A stretch of 64,000 nt of DNA, from positions 3,560 through 67,559 of the forward strand of contig DASXCU010000150.1 of NCBI GenBank assembly GCA_036491035.1. Reading direction: 5' to 3'. The DNA is from Galbitalea sp. (lineage in GTDB: Bacteria; Actinomycetota; Actinomycetes; Actinomycetales; Microbacteriaceae). Position 1 is the stretch's first letter. Every line of letters starts with the position of its first letter. The position numbers and the translations under genes are program-made. Under the pieces are notes generated by a model, which was not told where the DNA came from, made no database searches, and was given only the letters and a program-made list of their open reading frames with translations. This document shows, in pieces, positions 33,385-43,198 of the stretch.

Positions 33385-34772
33385 GCGCTCGTGAGGTGCC
33401 GCGGCGGCGCGGAAGCGTCCAGCCTGCGCGCCAGATCGCCCTGGATATCCTGATCGCCGTCCGCGAGACCGACGCCTACGCGAACCTGCTCCTTCCGGTA
33501 CGACTGGAACGTGCTCGGCTGTCCGAAGCCGACGCGGGGCTCGCCACCGAGCTCACCTACGGAACCCTGAGGCTCCGTGGCTATTACGACCGGGTGATCG
33601 AGATCGCCGCTCACCGACCGTCGACCGAGATCGATGGTCGAATCCTGGATGTCTTGCGACTGGCCTGCCACCAGCTGCTGTCGATGAGGGTCGCACAGCA
33701 CGCCGCCGTCGACGAGGCGGTGAGCCAGGCCGGGTCGGTCGGATCCAACTCGGCGACGGGCTTCGTAAACGGTGTTCTTCGCACGATCACCCGCACACCG
33801 GCGGAGGAGTGGCGCGAGCGAGTCCTTGCTGCTGCAGCGAGTCCGGACGAGCGACTGGCGGCCGAGTTCTCCCACCCGGAATGGGTGCTGCGGGCCTTTC
33901 GACAGGCCCTTGCAGCCGAGGGCCGCGAGGACGAACTGGAAGCCCTGTTGTCCGCCGACAACGCTCCACCCCGCGTCAGCCTGACGGCACTGCCCGGCGA
34001 GTCGACAGTGGCTGAGTTGGCGGCGGAGCCGAGTATCTACTCGCCCGTCGGGGCGACGCTCCAGCGTGGCGACCCCGCGCGCGTCGAACTTGTCAGGGCC
34101 GGTCGCGTCCGGGTGCAGGATGAGGGCTCCCAGCTCGCGGCCCTCGCGCTGAGTCGCGCCCGGCCGGTAGTCGCGGGGGAGCGTTGGCTCGACCTGTGCG
34201 CCGGGCCGGGGGGCAAGGCCGCCCTACTTGCCGCGGAAGCGGCGCTCGGCGGAGCCACGCTCGTGGCGAACGAGCTGGTTCCCGCGCGCGCGACACTCGT
34301 CCGAAACGCTCTGGCGGTGTTCGATCCGACCCCCGAGGTACTCGAAACGGATGGGACGACGTTCGGCGAACGATACGGGGAGTCGTTCGACCGCATTTTG
34401 CTGGACGCGCCGTGTACGGGACTGGGGGCGCTCCGCCGACGGCCGGAGGCCCGCTGGCGCAAACAGCCAAAGGATGTCGCGGACCTCGCCGCCCTGCAGT
34501 TCGAGCTGCTGCGCTCCGCAGTTGACGCGCTGCGGCCGGGCGGTGTGCTGGCTTACGTCACCTGCTCGCCTCACCTGGGCGAGACGCGGGTTGCGGTTCA
34601 GTCGGCAATGCGGAAGCTCGGTGACACGCTGTCGTTGCTCGATACGCAGTCCGTTCTCGCGGGCCTGACGCGGATGCCGCTCGATCTGCCCGAGGCTCCG
34701 CACGTGCAACTGTGGCCGCACCGGCACGGCACCGATGCCATGTTCATCCAGCTGTTCGAGAAGCATCGGTAG
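33381..34772 (+). CDS. rsmB: 16S rRNA (cytosine-C5)-methyltransferase RsmB/Sun family
   Basis: GTGA overlap with fmt. NusB-like N-terminal domain. SAM methyltransferase motifs DLCAGPGGK, DAPCTGLGALRRRPE, YVTCS. Confidence 0.85.
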   Translation: MSAREVPRRRGSVQPARQIALDILIAVRETDAYANLLLPVRLERARLSEADAGLATELTYGTLRLRGYYDRVIEIAAHRPSTEIDGRILDVLRLACHQLLSMRVAQHAAVDEAVSQAGSVGSNSATGFVNGVLRTITRTPAEEWRERVLAAAASPDERLAAEFSHPEWVLRAFRQALAAEGREDELEALLSADNAPPRVSLTALPGESTVAELAAEPSIYSPVGATLQRGDPARVELVRAGRVRVQDEGSQLAALALSRARPVVAGERWLDLCAGPGGKAALLAAEAALGGATLVANELVPARATLVRNALAVFDPTPEVLETDGTTFGERYGESFDRILLDAPCTGLGALRRRPEARWRKQPKDVADLAALQFELLRSAVDALRPGGVLAYVTCSPHLGETRVAVQSAMRKLGDTLSLLDTQSVLAGLTRMPLDLPEAPHVQLWPHRHGTDAMFIQLFEKHR

Positions 34773-34781
34773 GTTGGGGTC

Positions 34782-35444
34782 ATGACCGTTCGAATCAGCC
34801 CGTCGATCCTGTCCGCGGACTTCGCCAACTTCGATTCGGAGCTCCAGCGGATCGCAGCGGCGGACCTCATCCACGTGGACGTCATGGATAACCACTTCGT
34901 GCCCAATCTCACGTTCGGCCTCCCGATGGTCCAGCGGCTGCAGCAGGTGACACCAAAACCACTGGACGTGCACCTGATGCTCGAGGACCCGGATCGGTGG
35001 GCTCCCGGATACGCGGAGGCGGGCGCGTTCTCGGTCACATTTCACGCCGAGGCGACCGGAGATGCAGTCGGTCTGGCGAGGAGACTCCGTGACATCGGTG
35101 CTCGCGCGGGGCTCGCGCTCAAGCCCGGCACACCGGTCGACGACTACCTGGAACTCGCCGAGGAATTCGACCAGATCCTCGTAATGACGGTCGAGCCCGG
35201 TTTCGGCGGCCAGTCATTTATGGCCGACATGATGCCGAAGCTCGTTGCGCTCCGCGAGGTGGTCGATCGCACCGGCCTCGACATCTGGCTGCAGGTCGAC
35301 GGAGGGGTCACGGAGGAGACGATCGTCGTCGCGGCCGAGGCCGGCGCGAACACGTTCGTCGCGGGATCGAGCGTCTTCGGTGCACAGGATCCGACGGTCG
35401 CGATCGCGGGTCTCCGCGCGGCCGCGGAGGCACACGCGCACTAA
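34782..35444 (+). CDS. rpe: ribulose-phosphate 3-epimerase
   Basis: ISPSILSADFANF, HVDVMDNHFVPNLTFG, MTVEPGFGGQSF, VDGG. Confidence 0.95.
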   Translation: MTVRISPSILSADFANFDSELQRIAAADLIHVDVMDNHFVPNLTFGLPMVQRLQQVTPKPLDVHLMLEDPDRWAPGYAEAGAFSVTFHAEATGDAVGLARRLRDIGARAGLALKPGTPVDDYLELAEEFDQILVMTVEPGFGGQSFMADMMPKLVALREVVDRTGLDIWLQVDGGVTEETIVVAAEAGANTFVAGSSVFGAQDPTVAIAGLRAAAEAHAH

Positions 35445-35470
35445 CGTTCGACGTCTGGTTGGATAGAGGT

Positions 35471-35839
35471 ATGACTGAGAAGACCAAGCCAGAAATCGAC
35501 TTCTACGACGGCCCCGAGCCGACCGAGCTGGTCATTCGGGACATCGAGGTCGGCACGGGCGCCGAGGCGCAGCCGGGATCGACCGTCGACGTTCACTATC
35601 TCGGCGTGGACTTCGAGTCCGGCGAGGAGTTCGACTCGTCCTGGAGCCGCAACCAGTCGATCGACTTTCCCCTGAACAACCTCATCAAGGGCTGGCAGGA
35701 AGGCATCCCCGGCATGCAGGTCGGGGGTCGTCGTGAACTCATCTGCCCGCCGCACCTGGCGTACGGCCCCGCCGGCGGCGGCCATCGCCTCTCGGGTCGC
35801 ACCCTGATCTTCGTGATCGACCTGCTCGGCGTCAAGTAA
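35471..35839 (+). CDS. FKBP-type peptidyl-prolyl cis-trans isomerase
   Basis: VHYLGVDFESGEEFDSSW, LIKGWQEGIPGMQVGGRRELICPPHLAYG. TTG at 35459 is an alternative start. Confidence 0.8.
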   Translation: MTEKTKPEIDFYDGPEPTELVIRDIEVGTGAEAQPGSTVDVHYLGVDFESGEEFDSSWSRNQSIDFPLNNLIKGWQEGIPGMQVGGRRELICPPHLAYGPAGGGHRLSGRTLIFVIDLLGVK

Positions 35840-35878
35840 CGAGCCGAATTCCCCTCCGTGCGCCTGTAGCCTTGGGGG

Positions 35879-36142
35879 GTGAAATCCTTCGAGGGGCTGT
35901 TCGCGGAACTCAGTGAGAAGGCGACCACGCGACCCGAGGGTTCGGGAACGGTCGTCGAGCTGGATGCGGGAGTGCACGCCATCGGCAAGAAGATCGTGGA
36001 AGAGGCGGCCGAAGTCTGGATGGCCGCCGAATACCAGTCCGAGACCGAGACGGCCGAAGAGATCTCGCAGTTGATCTATCACCTGCAGGTACTGATGGTC
36101 GCGAAGGGACTGACGCCGGTCGACGTCTATCGACATCTCTGA
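35879..36142 (+). CDS. hisE: phosphoribosyl-ATP diphosphatase
   Basis: 87 aa. [12 protein letters not shown]..., [28 protein letters not shown]. Confidence 0.9.
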   Translation: MKSFEGLFAELSEKATTRPEGSGTVVELDAGVHAIGKKIVEEAAEVWMAAEYQSETETAEEISQLIYHLQVLMVAKGLTPVDVYRHL

Positions 36143-36223
36143 GCTTTTCGCACCCTCCCACCACTAGCTCTAGCCGAGGCCCCGCACGTGCGCGCCGCGG
36201 TTGTTACCTGAGGAATATGCCGA

Positions 36224-37063
36224 ATGCTGAGAATCGCAGTACCCAACAAGGGCTCGCTGAGCGAGACGGCGGCAGAAATGCTGCTGGAGGCCGGATACGC
36301 CGGCCGTCGTGACCCGCGCGCCCTCACCGTCGCGGACGCACGTAACGACGTCGAGTTCTTCTACCTGCGGCCGCGTGATATCGCGACCTATGTCGGCTCG
36401 GGCGCTCTCGACGTCGGGATTACCGGACGGGATCTCCTGCTCGATTCCGGTTCGAGTGCTGTCGAAATCGCGAGCCTCGACTTCGGCGGGTCGACGTTCC
36501 GGTTCGCCGGCACCACCGGACGCTTCAGCGAACTGGGCGAACTCGAGGGTGTGCGGGTTGCGACCAGCTATCCGGGGCTCGTCGGCGCCTTCCTGAAGTC
36601 CCACGGAGTCACGGCCGAGCTCGTCGCCCTTGACGGCGCGGTCGAGTCAGCGGTGAAGCTCGGAGTCGCGGATGCGGTCGCCGACGTCGTGTCCACCGGT
36701 TCGACCCTTCGCGCCCAGGGCCTGGAGATCTTCGGCCCGGTCATCCTGGAGTCGAGTGCCGTTCTGATCAGCGCGAACGTGGACCTTCCCGGTATCGCAA
36801 CCCTGCAGCGTCGGCTGCAGGGCGTGCTCGTGGCGCAGCAGTACGTCATGGTGGATTACGACGTACCCGTGAAATATCTCGGGGCCGCGACATCCGTTAC
36901 TCCCGGGCGCGATTCGCCGACGATCTCGCCGCTGCAGGATCCGGAGTGGGTCGAGGTGCGAGCCATGGTTCCCCGCGCGGAGATCAACCAGATCATGGAC
37001 CGGCTCTACGAGATCGGTGCGCGAGCGATCCTGGTGACGTCCATTCTGGCCGCGAGGCTCTGA
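36224..37063 (+). CDS. hisG: ATP phosphoribosyltransferase (long form)
   Basis: [38 protein letters not shown], and a C-terminal regulatory domain. Confidence 0.93.
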   Translation: MLRIAVPNKGSLSETAAEMLLEAGYAGRRDPRALTVADARNDVEFFYLRPRDIATYVGSGALDVGITGRDLLLDSGSSAVEIASLDFGGSTFRFAGTTGRFSELGELEGVRVATSYPGLVGAFLKSHGVTAELVALDGAVESAVKLGVADAVADVVSTGSTLRAQGLEIFGPVILESSAVLISANVDLPGIATLQRRLQGVLVAQQYVMVDYDVPVKYLGAATSVTPGRDSPTISPLQDPEWVEVRAMVPRAEINQIMDRLYEIGARAILVTSILAARL

Positions 37064-37064
37064 C

Positions 37065-37835
37065 ATGACGCTCGCCGTTCGAGTCATCCCGTGCCTCGAC
37101 GTCGCCGCCGGTCGAGTGGTGAAGGGCGTCAATTTCCTGAACCTGCGCGATGCCGGAGATCCGGTCGAGCTCGCCGCACGCTACTACGAGCAGGGTGCGG
37201 ACGAGATCACCTTCCTCGACGTGACGGCAACGGTCGACGACCGCGCGACGATGTACGACGTCGTGACCGCGACCGCCGAGCAGGTGTTCATCCCGCTGAC
37301 CGTTGGCGGGGGAGTGCGCGAGGTCGACGATGTGGCGCGCCTGCTGGCGAGCGGAGCAGACAAGGTGGGCGTGAACAGCGCCGCGATTCGCAGGCCCGAC
37401 CTGATCGATGAGATCGCCGATCGGTTCGGAGCCCAGGTACTGGTGCTGAGCCTGGATGTGAAACGCGCCTCTTCTGGTTCGGCGCGCGGTTCCGGATTCG
37501 TCGTCACCACCCACGGTGGACGGCTCGAGACCGAACTGGACGCACTCGACTGGGCGCGCGAAGCAATCGAGCGAGGCGCCGGTGAGCTGTTGGTCAACTC
37601 GATCGACGCCGACGGGACTAAGCAGGGATTCGACCTCGAACTCGTTGCGCTGATGCGGGAACTCAGTTCGGTCCCGGTGATTGCCAGCGGCGGCGCGGGA
37701 GCTCTCGGCGACTTTGCTCCGGCGATCGCGGCTGGGGCGGACGCGGTTTTAGCGGCATCCGTGTTCCACGATGGTGAACTGACGGTGGGCGACGTTAAGC
37801 ACGCGCTGGCCGAGGCGGGAGTGCTGACCAGATGA
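37065..37835 (+). CDS. hisF: imidazole glycerol phosphate synthase cyclase subunit
   Basis: [48 protein letters not shown]. Confidence 0.95.
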   Translation: MTLAVRVIPCLDVAAGRVVKGVNFLNLRDAGDPVELAARYYEQGADEITFLDVTATVDDRATMYDVVTATAEQVFIPLTVGGGVREVDDVARLLASGADKVGVNSAAIRRPDLIDEIADRFGAQVLVLSLDVKRASSGSARGSGFVVTTHGGRLETELDALDWAREAIERGAGELLVNSIDADGTKQGFDLELVALMRELSSVPVIASGGAGALGDFAPAIAAGADAVLAASVFHDGELTVGDVKHALAEAGVLTR

Positions 37836-38203
37836 ACGAGACCGATGTGCGGGCCGTGATCGACCGAATCGCCTTCGACGCGAAGGGGCTCGTTCCGGCG
37901 ATCATCCAGGAGGAGGGCACGCGCGACGTGCTCATGCTCGGCTACATGGACGACGAGGCGGTGCGTCGCACACTCACCGAGGGCAGGGTGACGTTCTGGT
38001 CGCGGAGCCGCCAGGAGTACTGGCGCAAGGGCGACACGAGCGGCAATCGGCAGTACGTTCGCGCGGCCGCGCTCGACTGCGATGCTGATGCACTCCTCGT
38101 CACCGTCCACCAGGTCGGCCCGGCGTGTCACACCGGTGCGCACGCGTGCTTCGATGTCGATCCCCTCGAACCCGTGATTGGATCAGAGGATGGCGGTAGC
38201 TAG
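37832..38203 (+). CDS. hisI: phosphoribosyl-AMP cyclohydrolase
   Basis: [49 protein letters not shown]...GPACHTG. Confidence 0.9.
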   Translation: MNETDVRAVIDRIAFDAKGLVPAIIQEEGTRDVLMLGYMDDEAVRRTLTEGRVTFWSRSRQEYWRKGDTSGNRQYVRAAALDCDADALLVTVHQVGPACHTGAHACFDVDPLEPVIGSEDGGS

Positions 38204-38837
38204 GCAGGTCGACGTGACGGTTCCGGAGGCACGCGCCAGGAAACTGCGGCTCTACACGATTGTGGCCATTGGGCTCGTTGCGGTCCTCACGCTGCTGACG
38301 ACCACGCAGACGTGGTGGACGCTTCGCCTGGCCACGCGTTCGCTGCCGATCGCCGGCACGGTTGCCGGACCGGCGCTGGCGGCCCTGGCGCTCTGTGCGG
38401 TGGTGCTTGCCGCCGCTCTCGCTCTCGCCGGCCCCGTGTTCCGCCTCGTGCTGGGCTTGCTGCAGTTGCTGCTTTCGTTCACGATCGTGTTCACCACGAT
38501 CCTGTCGCTGGTGCATCCGGACCAGCCATCTGAGTCGGCCGTGCAGACCGCCACCGGAATTGCCGGGTCCGCCTCCATCGACCATCTGATCAAGTCCGTG
38601 ACACTTACCCCGTGGGGTTTTGTCGCGGTGGCGCTCGGCTTCGTCGCGTTCGTTCTCGGCATCTGGCTGCTGCTGACCTTCCGGGTCTGGCCCGCAGCCT
38701 CGCGTCGCTACCAGGCAGTCCGGTTCCAGCCCGCGGACGGCCCTCGGGATGCCGTGGTCGACTGGGATGCGCTCAGCGAGGGCACGGATCCCACCGCGGA
38801 GCCTGGCCCGGCCGGGCCGGTGAAACCGGTAAAGTAG
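38190..38837 (+). CDS. Trp biosynthesis-associated membrane protein (Rv1610-like)
   Basis: About four predicted TM helices and a TTTQTWWTL motif, in the position just upstream of trpC. The start may be 38178 or 38190, and either overlaps the end of hisI. Confidence 0.7.
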   Translation: MAVARQVDVTVPEARARKLRLYTIVAIGLVAVLTLLTTTQTWWTLRLATRSLPIAGTVAGPALAALALCAVVLAAALALAGPVFRLVLGLLQLLLSFTIVFTTILSLVHPDQPSESAVQTATGIAGSASIDHLIKSVTLTPWGFVAVALGFVAFVLGIWLLLTFRVWPAASRRYQAVRFQPADGPRDAVVDWDALSEGTDPTAEPGPAGPVKPVK

Positions 38838-38871
38838 AGCCACAGTTACACGAGAGAACCCAAGGAGAATC

Positions 38872-39102
38872 GTGCCAGCAGGTACCGTCCCAGGCCACGG
38901 TAATTCGCCCGCAGCGTGGACTGCCGTCATCATTATGCTCGTCGCATTCGTGATCGGTACCTTCGCCTTCTGGTTCGACGTGCCGTGGCTCGTGTGGGCA
39001 TCCGCGGGCCTGCTCGTTGTCGGCGGGTTGGTCGGCCTCGTGCTGAAGCTCGCGGGCTTCGGTGTCGGCGGCGATCGCTACCAACCCAAATCACACGCGT
39101 AA
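38872..39102 (+). CDS. HGxxPAAW family small membrane protein
   Basis: 76 aa. Literal motif HGNSPAAW followed by two TM helices. AAGGAGA RBS before the GTG. Confidence 0.65.
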   Translation: MPAGTVPGHGNSPAAWTAVIIMLVAFVIGTFAFWFDVPWLVWASAGLLVVGGLVGLVLKLAGFGVGGDRYQPKSHA

Positions 39103-39122
39103 GTCGGCTCATTTCTAACGAC

Positions 39123-39896
39123 ATGCTTGCCGAGCTGGTCGCCGGGGCTCTCGAAGACGCTTCGGACAGGCGCTCTGCTGTCCCCCTCGCGCAGGTTGAA
39201 GCTGCCGCTACCCGCTGCGCGCCCGCCCTCGACGTGCTGGCGGCGCTGGCCCCCGCCGAGCGAGTGAAGATCATCGCGGAAGTGAAGCGCGCCAGTCCCT
39301 CACGAGGAACGCTCGCCGAGATCCGGGATCCCGCAGTCCTCGCTTCCGCGTACGAGACCGGCGGAGCGAGCGCGATCAGTGTTCTCACCGAGGGTCGCCG
39401 GTTCGGCGGTTCACTCCAGGACCTCGAGCTGGTTCGCGCGACCGTGTCCATCCCGATACTGCGCAAGGATTTCATCTCCGACCTGTACCAGGTCTTCGAA
39501 GCGCGTGCAGCCGGCGCCGATCTCGTTCTCCTGATCGTCGCCGCCCTCGATCAGGGCCCGATGCAGGAACTGTTCGATCTGATCGGTGAACTGGGGATGA
39601 CGGCACTCGTCGAGGCGCACTCGGCCGAGGAGGTCGAGCGCGCCCTGGACGTCGGCGCGAGCATTGTCGGCGTGAACGCCCGCAATTTGAGCACGTTCGG
39701 CCTCGACCGCGACCTCTTCGGGTCGCTGGCCGACTCCATACCGTCCGGTGTCATCCGGGTCGCCGAATCTGCGGTCAAGACGTCGGCGGATGTCGCCCAC
39801 TATCGCGAGGCGGGTGCGGACGTCGTTCTTGTCGGCGAGGCCCTCGTCACCGGTGGCGACCCGATCGCGACGCTGCACGAATTCCGTTCGGTCTGA
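39123..39896 (+). CDS. trpC: indole-3-glycerol phosphate synthase
   Basis: [38 protein letters not shown]. The first ATG after the upstream gene is at 39123. Confidence 0.9.
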   Translation: MLAELVAGALEDASDRRSAVPLAQVEAAATRCAPALDVLAALAPAERVKIIAEVKRASPSRGTLAEIRDPAVLASAYETGGASAISVLTEGRRFGGSLQDLELVRATVSIPILRKDFISDLYQVFEARAAGADLVLLIVAALDQGPMQELFDLIGELGMTALVEAHSAEEVERALDVGASIVGVNARNLSTFGLDRDLFGSLADSIPSGVIRVAESAVKTSADVAHYREAGADVVLVGEALVTGGDPIATLHEFRSV

Positions 39897-39909
39897 AAAG
39901 GACACTCCC

Positions 39910-41172
39910 ATGGCATTGCGTGACCAGCTCGGCCCGTATTTCGGTGAATACGGCGGCCGCTTCGTTCCCGAATCCCTGATTGCCGCGCTGGACGAGCTCG
40001 ATGCCGCCTATCAGGCCGCACGCGTCGATCCGGCGTTCCAGGCCGAGCTCCTGGAGCTGCAGAAGACGTATACCGGTCGGCCCTCGATCATCACCGAAGT
40101 GCCTCGGTTCGCACAGCACGCCGGCGGTGCCAGGGTGATCCTTAAGCGCGAGGACTTGAATCACACGGGCTCCCACAAGATCAACAACGTCCTGGGGCAG
40201 GCGCTCGTCGCCCGTCGACTCGGCAAGAAGCGTCTGATCGCAGAGACGGGTGCGGGGCAGCACGGAGTCGCCACGGCGACGGCTGCGGCGCTGTTCGGCA
40301 TGGAGTGCGTCGTCTACATGGGCGAGGTGGACACCGAGCGCCAGGCACTCAATGTGGCTCGCATGCGCCTGCTGGGCGCGACGGTCATCCCCGTGACGAC
40401 CGGGTCCCGCACGCTGAAAGATGCGATCAACGACGCGCTTCGCGACTGGGTCGCCAACGTCGACACCACGCACTACCTGCTCGGGACAGTGGCCGGGCCG
40501 CATCCGTTCCCGGTCATGGTCCGCGACTTCCACAAGGTCATCGGTGAGGAGGCGCGGGCGCAGGTGCTCGAGCTGACGGGGGTCCTTCCCGACGCGGTCA
40601 CGGCCTGCGTTGGAGGCGGTAGCAACGCGATGGGCATCTTCCACGCCTTCCTGGATGACCCGGGCGTCGCGCTGTATGGGTACGAGGCTGCGGGCGAGGG
40701 GCATCTGACGGAGCGTCACGCCGCGACCCTCACGCGCGGTCGCCCCGGTGTACTGCACGGTGCGCGGAGCTACCTGCTCCAGGACGAGGACGGCCAGACG
40801 ATCGAATCGCACTCCATCTCGGCCGGCCTCGACTATCCGGGCGTCGGGCCGGAACACGCCTGGCTCTCCGACATCGGTCGCGCGACGTACCTGCCGATTA
40901 CCGACGACGAGGCCATGCAGGCTCTCCGGCTGCTCAGTCTGACCGAGGGAATCATTCCCGCCATCGAGTCCGCCCACGCACTGGCCGGCACGATCAAGCT
41001 GGGCAGGGAACTTGGCGGCGGCTCGACCATCCTCGTCAATCTGAGCGGGCGCGGCGACAAAGACATGGAGACCGCGGGAAAGTACTTCGACATCCTCGAT
41101 GCCGCCGCCCTGGCGGACCAGGATGTCGCTCCCGTCCGGCCCGACGAGCTCGGAACGGGAGCGAGCGAATGA
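39910..41172 (+). CDS. trpB: tryptophan synthase beta chain
   Basis: [24 protein letters not shown] (PLP lysine), [17 protein letters not shown]. Confidence 0.96.
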   Translation: MALRDQLGPYFGEYGGRFVPESLIAALDELDAAYQAARVDPAFQAELLELQKTYTGRPSIITEVPRFAQHAGGARVILKREDLNHTGSHKINNVLGQALVARRLGKKRLIAETGAGQHGVATATAAALFGMECVVYMGEVDTERQALNVARMRLLGATVIPVTTGSRTLKDAINDALRDWVANVDTTHYLLGTVAGPHPFPVMVRDFHKVIGEEARAQVLELTGVLPDAVTACVGGGSNAMGIFHAFLDDPGVALYGYEAAGEGHLTERHAATLTRGRPGVLHGARSYLLQDEDGQTIESHSISAGLDYPGVGPEHAWLSDIGRATYLPITDDEAMQALRLLSLTEGIIPAIESAHALAGTIKLGRELGGGSTILVNLSGRGDKDMETAGKYFDILDAAALADQDVAPVRPDELGTGASE

Positions 41173-41963
41173 GCCGCGTCGCGGATGTCATCGCCGCGCG
41201 GAAGGCCGAGGGCAGTGGCGCGCTGATCGGGTATCTCCCGGTCGGCTACCCCGATCTCGCCACCAGCATCGAAGCTGCGGTGGCGCTGGCAGAAAACGGC
41301 GTGGACGCCATCGAACTCGGTCTTCCGTACTCGGATCCCGTCATGGATGGCGTCGTCATCCAGCAGGCGACCCAGGCGGCCCTCGCCGGTGGGTTTCGGT
41401 TGCGCCACGGATTCGAGGCCGTCGCGGCTATCACCGCGCGCGTCGAGACCCCGGTGCTGCTGATGACGTACTGGAACCCGGTCGTGCAGTTCGGCGTCGA
41501 TCGGTTCGCCGACGAACTCGTGGCTGCGGGCGGAGCCGGACTGATCACGCCGGACCTGATCCCGGACGAGGCGGCCGACTGGCTCGCCACCTCGGACCGC
41601 ACCGATCTCGACCGCGTCTTTCTCGCGGCACCGTCCTCGACCGACGCGCGGCTGCGGCAGGCCGTCGAACGAAGTCGGGGATTCGTGTACGCGGTCTCGA
41701 CCATGGGAATCACCGGCGCACGCACCGATGTCGATCGGGCGGCGCGAGGGCTCGTCTCCCGGCTGCGCGCGGTGGGCGCAACGAGCACCTGTGTCGGGCT
41801 CGGAATTTCCACGCCCGAACAGGTTCGGGAGGTTATCGAATACGCCGACGGCGCCATCGTCGGCTCCCTGCTGGTCAAAGCACTCGCCGACGGGGGAGTG
41901 GATGCGGTCGGTGCGGCCGCCGCGCGGCTGGCGACGGGCAAAACCCGAGCTTCGGCGCATTAG
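41169..41963 (+). CDS. trpA: tryptophan synthase alpha chain
   Basis: ATGA overlap with trp[40 protein letters not shown]. Confidence 0.93.
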   Translation: MSRVADVIAARKAEGSGALIGYLPVGYPDLATSIEAAVALAENGVDAIELGLPYSDPVMDGVVIQQATQAALAGGFRLRHGFEAVAAITARVETPVLLMTYWNPVVQFGVDRFADELVAAGGAGLITPDLIPDEAADWLATSDRTDLDRVFLAAPSSTDARLRQAVERSRGFVYAVSTMGITGARTDVDRAARGLVSRLRAVGATSTCVGLGISTPEQVREVIEYADGAIVGSLLVKALADGGVDAVGAAAARLATGKTRASAH

Positions 41964-42000
41964 GCTTGCCTAGTTCTCCTGTCGAGAGCCAGATCCCGGT

Positions 42001-43053
42001 TTGAAAGGCGTTGGTTCGTTGTACGCTTCGCAGCTGTTCGTCCCCCTGAGCATTCCCAGTCCGCCGAAGGCCTGGGCCGACATTTACATCCCGCTCGGCT
42101 GGATCCACAACATCATTCCGGCGATCGGCGCGGACTACCGCCTCGACATCAAGACCTACGCCCTCTGCCTGCTGGCCGGCATTATTGCGGCGGTCATCGT
42201 GACCTCACGTCGACTGATATCACGGGGCGCCGAACCGGGTGTGGTTCTCGACATCGCCATCCCCGCCGTCGTGCTCGGCATCATCGGTGCGCGGACGTAC
42301 CACGTCTTCACGCACTACAACGACTACTTCGGCCCCGGCAAAGACCCGATGACCGCCTTCTACATCTGGCAGGGCGGAATCGCGATCTTCGGCTCGCTGC
42401 TGGGCGGGGCGCTCGGCGTGTACATCGGCTGCCGCATCACCGGCATCCGGTTCTGGAGCTTCGCGGATGCTCTCGCGCCCGGCCTCATCCTCGCCCAGGC
42501 GATGGGTCGCTTCGGCAACTATTTCAACCACGAGCTGTATGGCCAGCCGACGACGCTCCCGTGGGGCCTCCAGATCGAGTCGAGCAACGCCGCCTACCCG
42601 ATCGGGTTGCCCGCCGGAACGCTGTTCCATCCGACGTTCCTCTACGAGATCATCTGGAACCTGCTGGTTCTGACGACGTTGCTTCTCGTCGAACGTCACG
42701 ACCACTTCCGCTGGGGCAAACTGATCGCCCTCTACTTCATCTTCTACGGCATCGGCCGCGTCTGGTTCGAGTCGATCCGCATCGACCCGAGCCAGGTATA
42801 CCTGGGGCTTCGATCCAACGTCTGGGGAGCGCTGTTCGCCATCGCTCTGGGCATCGTGATCTTCATAGTGCAGTCGCGCCGCCATCCCGGCATCGAGCCA
42901 AGTGTGTACCGGCCCGGCAAGGAGTGGTCGCCGAGCGCTTCTGCGGTAGACTCGCCAGAGACCTATTCGGATAGCGATGACGACAATGATGCCGCCGAGA
43001 AGCCCGATAGGTCAGTGAAAAGCAGCACCGCCACAAGCGGCGCAAGCGTCTGA
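42001..43053 (+). CDS. lgt: prolipoprotein diacylglyceryl transferase
   Basis: Polytopic membrane protein with the signature GRFGNYFNHELYG and HPTFLYE. Acidic, Ser-rich C-terminal tail. The TTG start at 42001 is uncertain. Confidence 0.9.
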   Translation: MKGVGSLYASQLFVPLSIPSPPKAWADIYIPLGWIHNIIPAIGADYRLDIKTYALCLLAGIIAAVIVTSRRLISRGAEPGVVLDIAIPAVVLGIIGARTYHVFTHYNDYFGPGKDPMTAFYIWQGGIAIFGSLLGGALGVYIGCRITGIRFWSFADALAPGLILAQAMGRFGNYFNHELYGQPTTLPWGLQIESSNAAYPIGLPAGTLFHPTFLYEIIWNLLVLTTLLLVERHDHFRWGKLIALYFIFYGIGRVWFESIRIDPSQVYLGLRSNVWGALFAIALGIVIFIVQSRRHPGIEPSVYRPGKEWSPSASAVDSPETYSDSDDDNDAAEKPDRSVKSSTATSGASV

Positions 43054-43198
43054 GCTCAGCGAAGCCCTCTACACGGGCAACTCGTTCCTTTGCCTCTACT
43101 ACTCATGGCCGCAGTTATCCCGGTGCGCCGAGTTCTCTCCTGATCCCCTGGGCCGCCGACGTCCCGACGAACTAGCGTTCTCGTGAGGACGGTAAGTC

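Noticed and set aside
43054-43198. A possible GlnR-type box (GTnAC-N6-GAAAC) upstream of gltB.
   Set aside because: Only weak partial matches exist (for example GTAGAG..GGAAC on the reverse strand), which is not convincing without a matrix scan.
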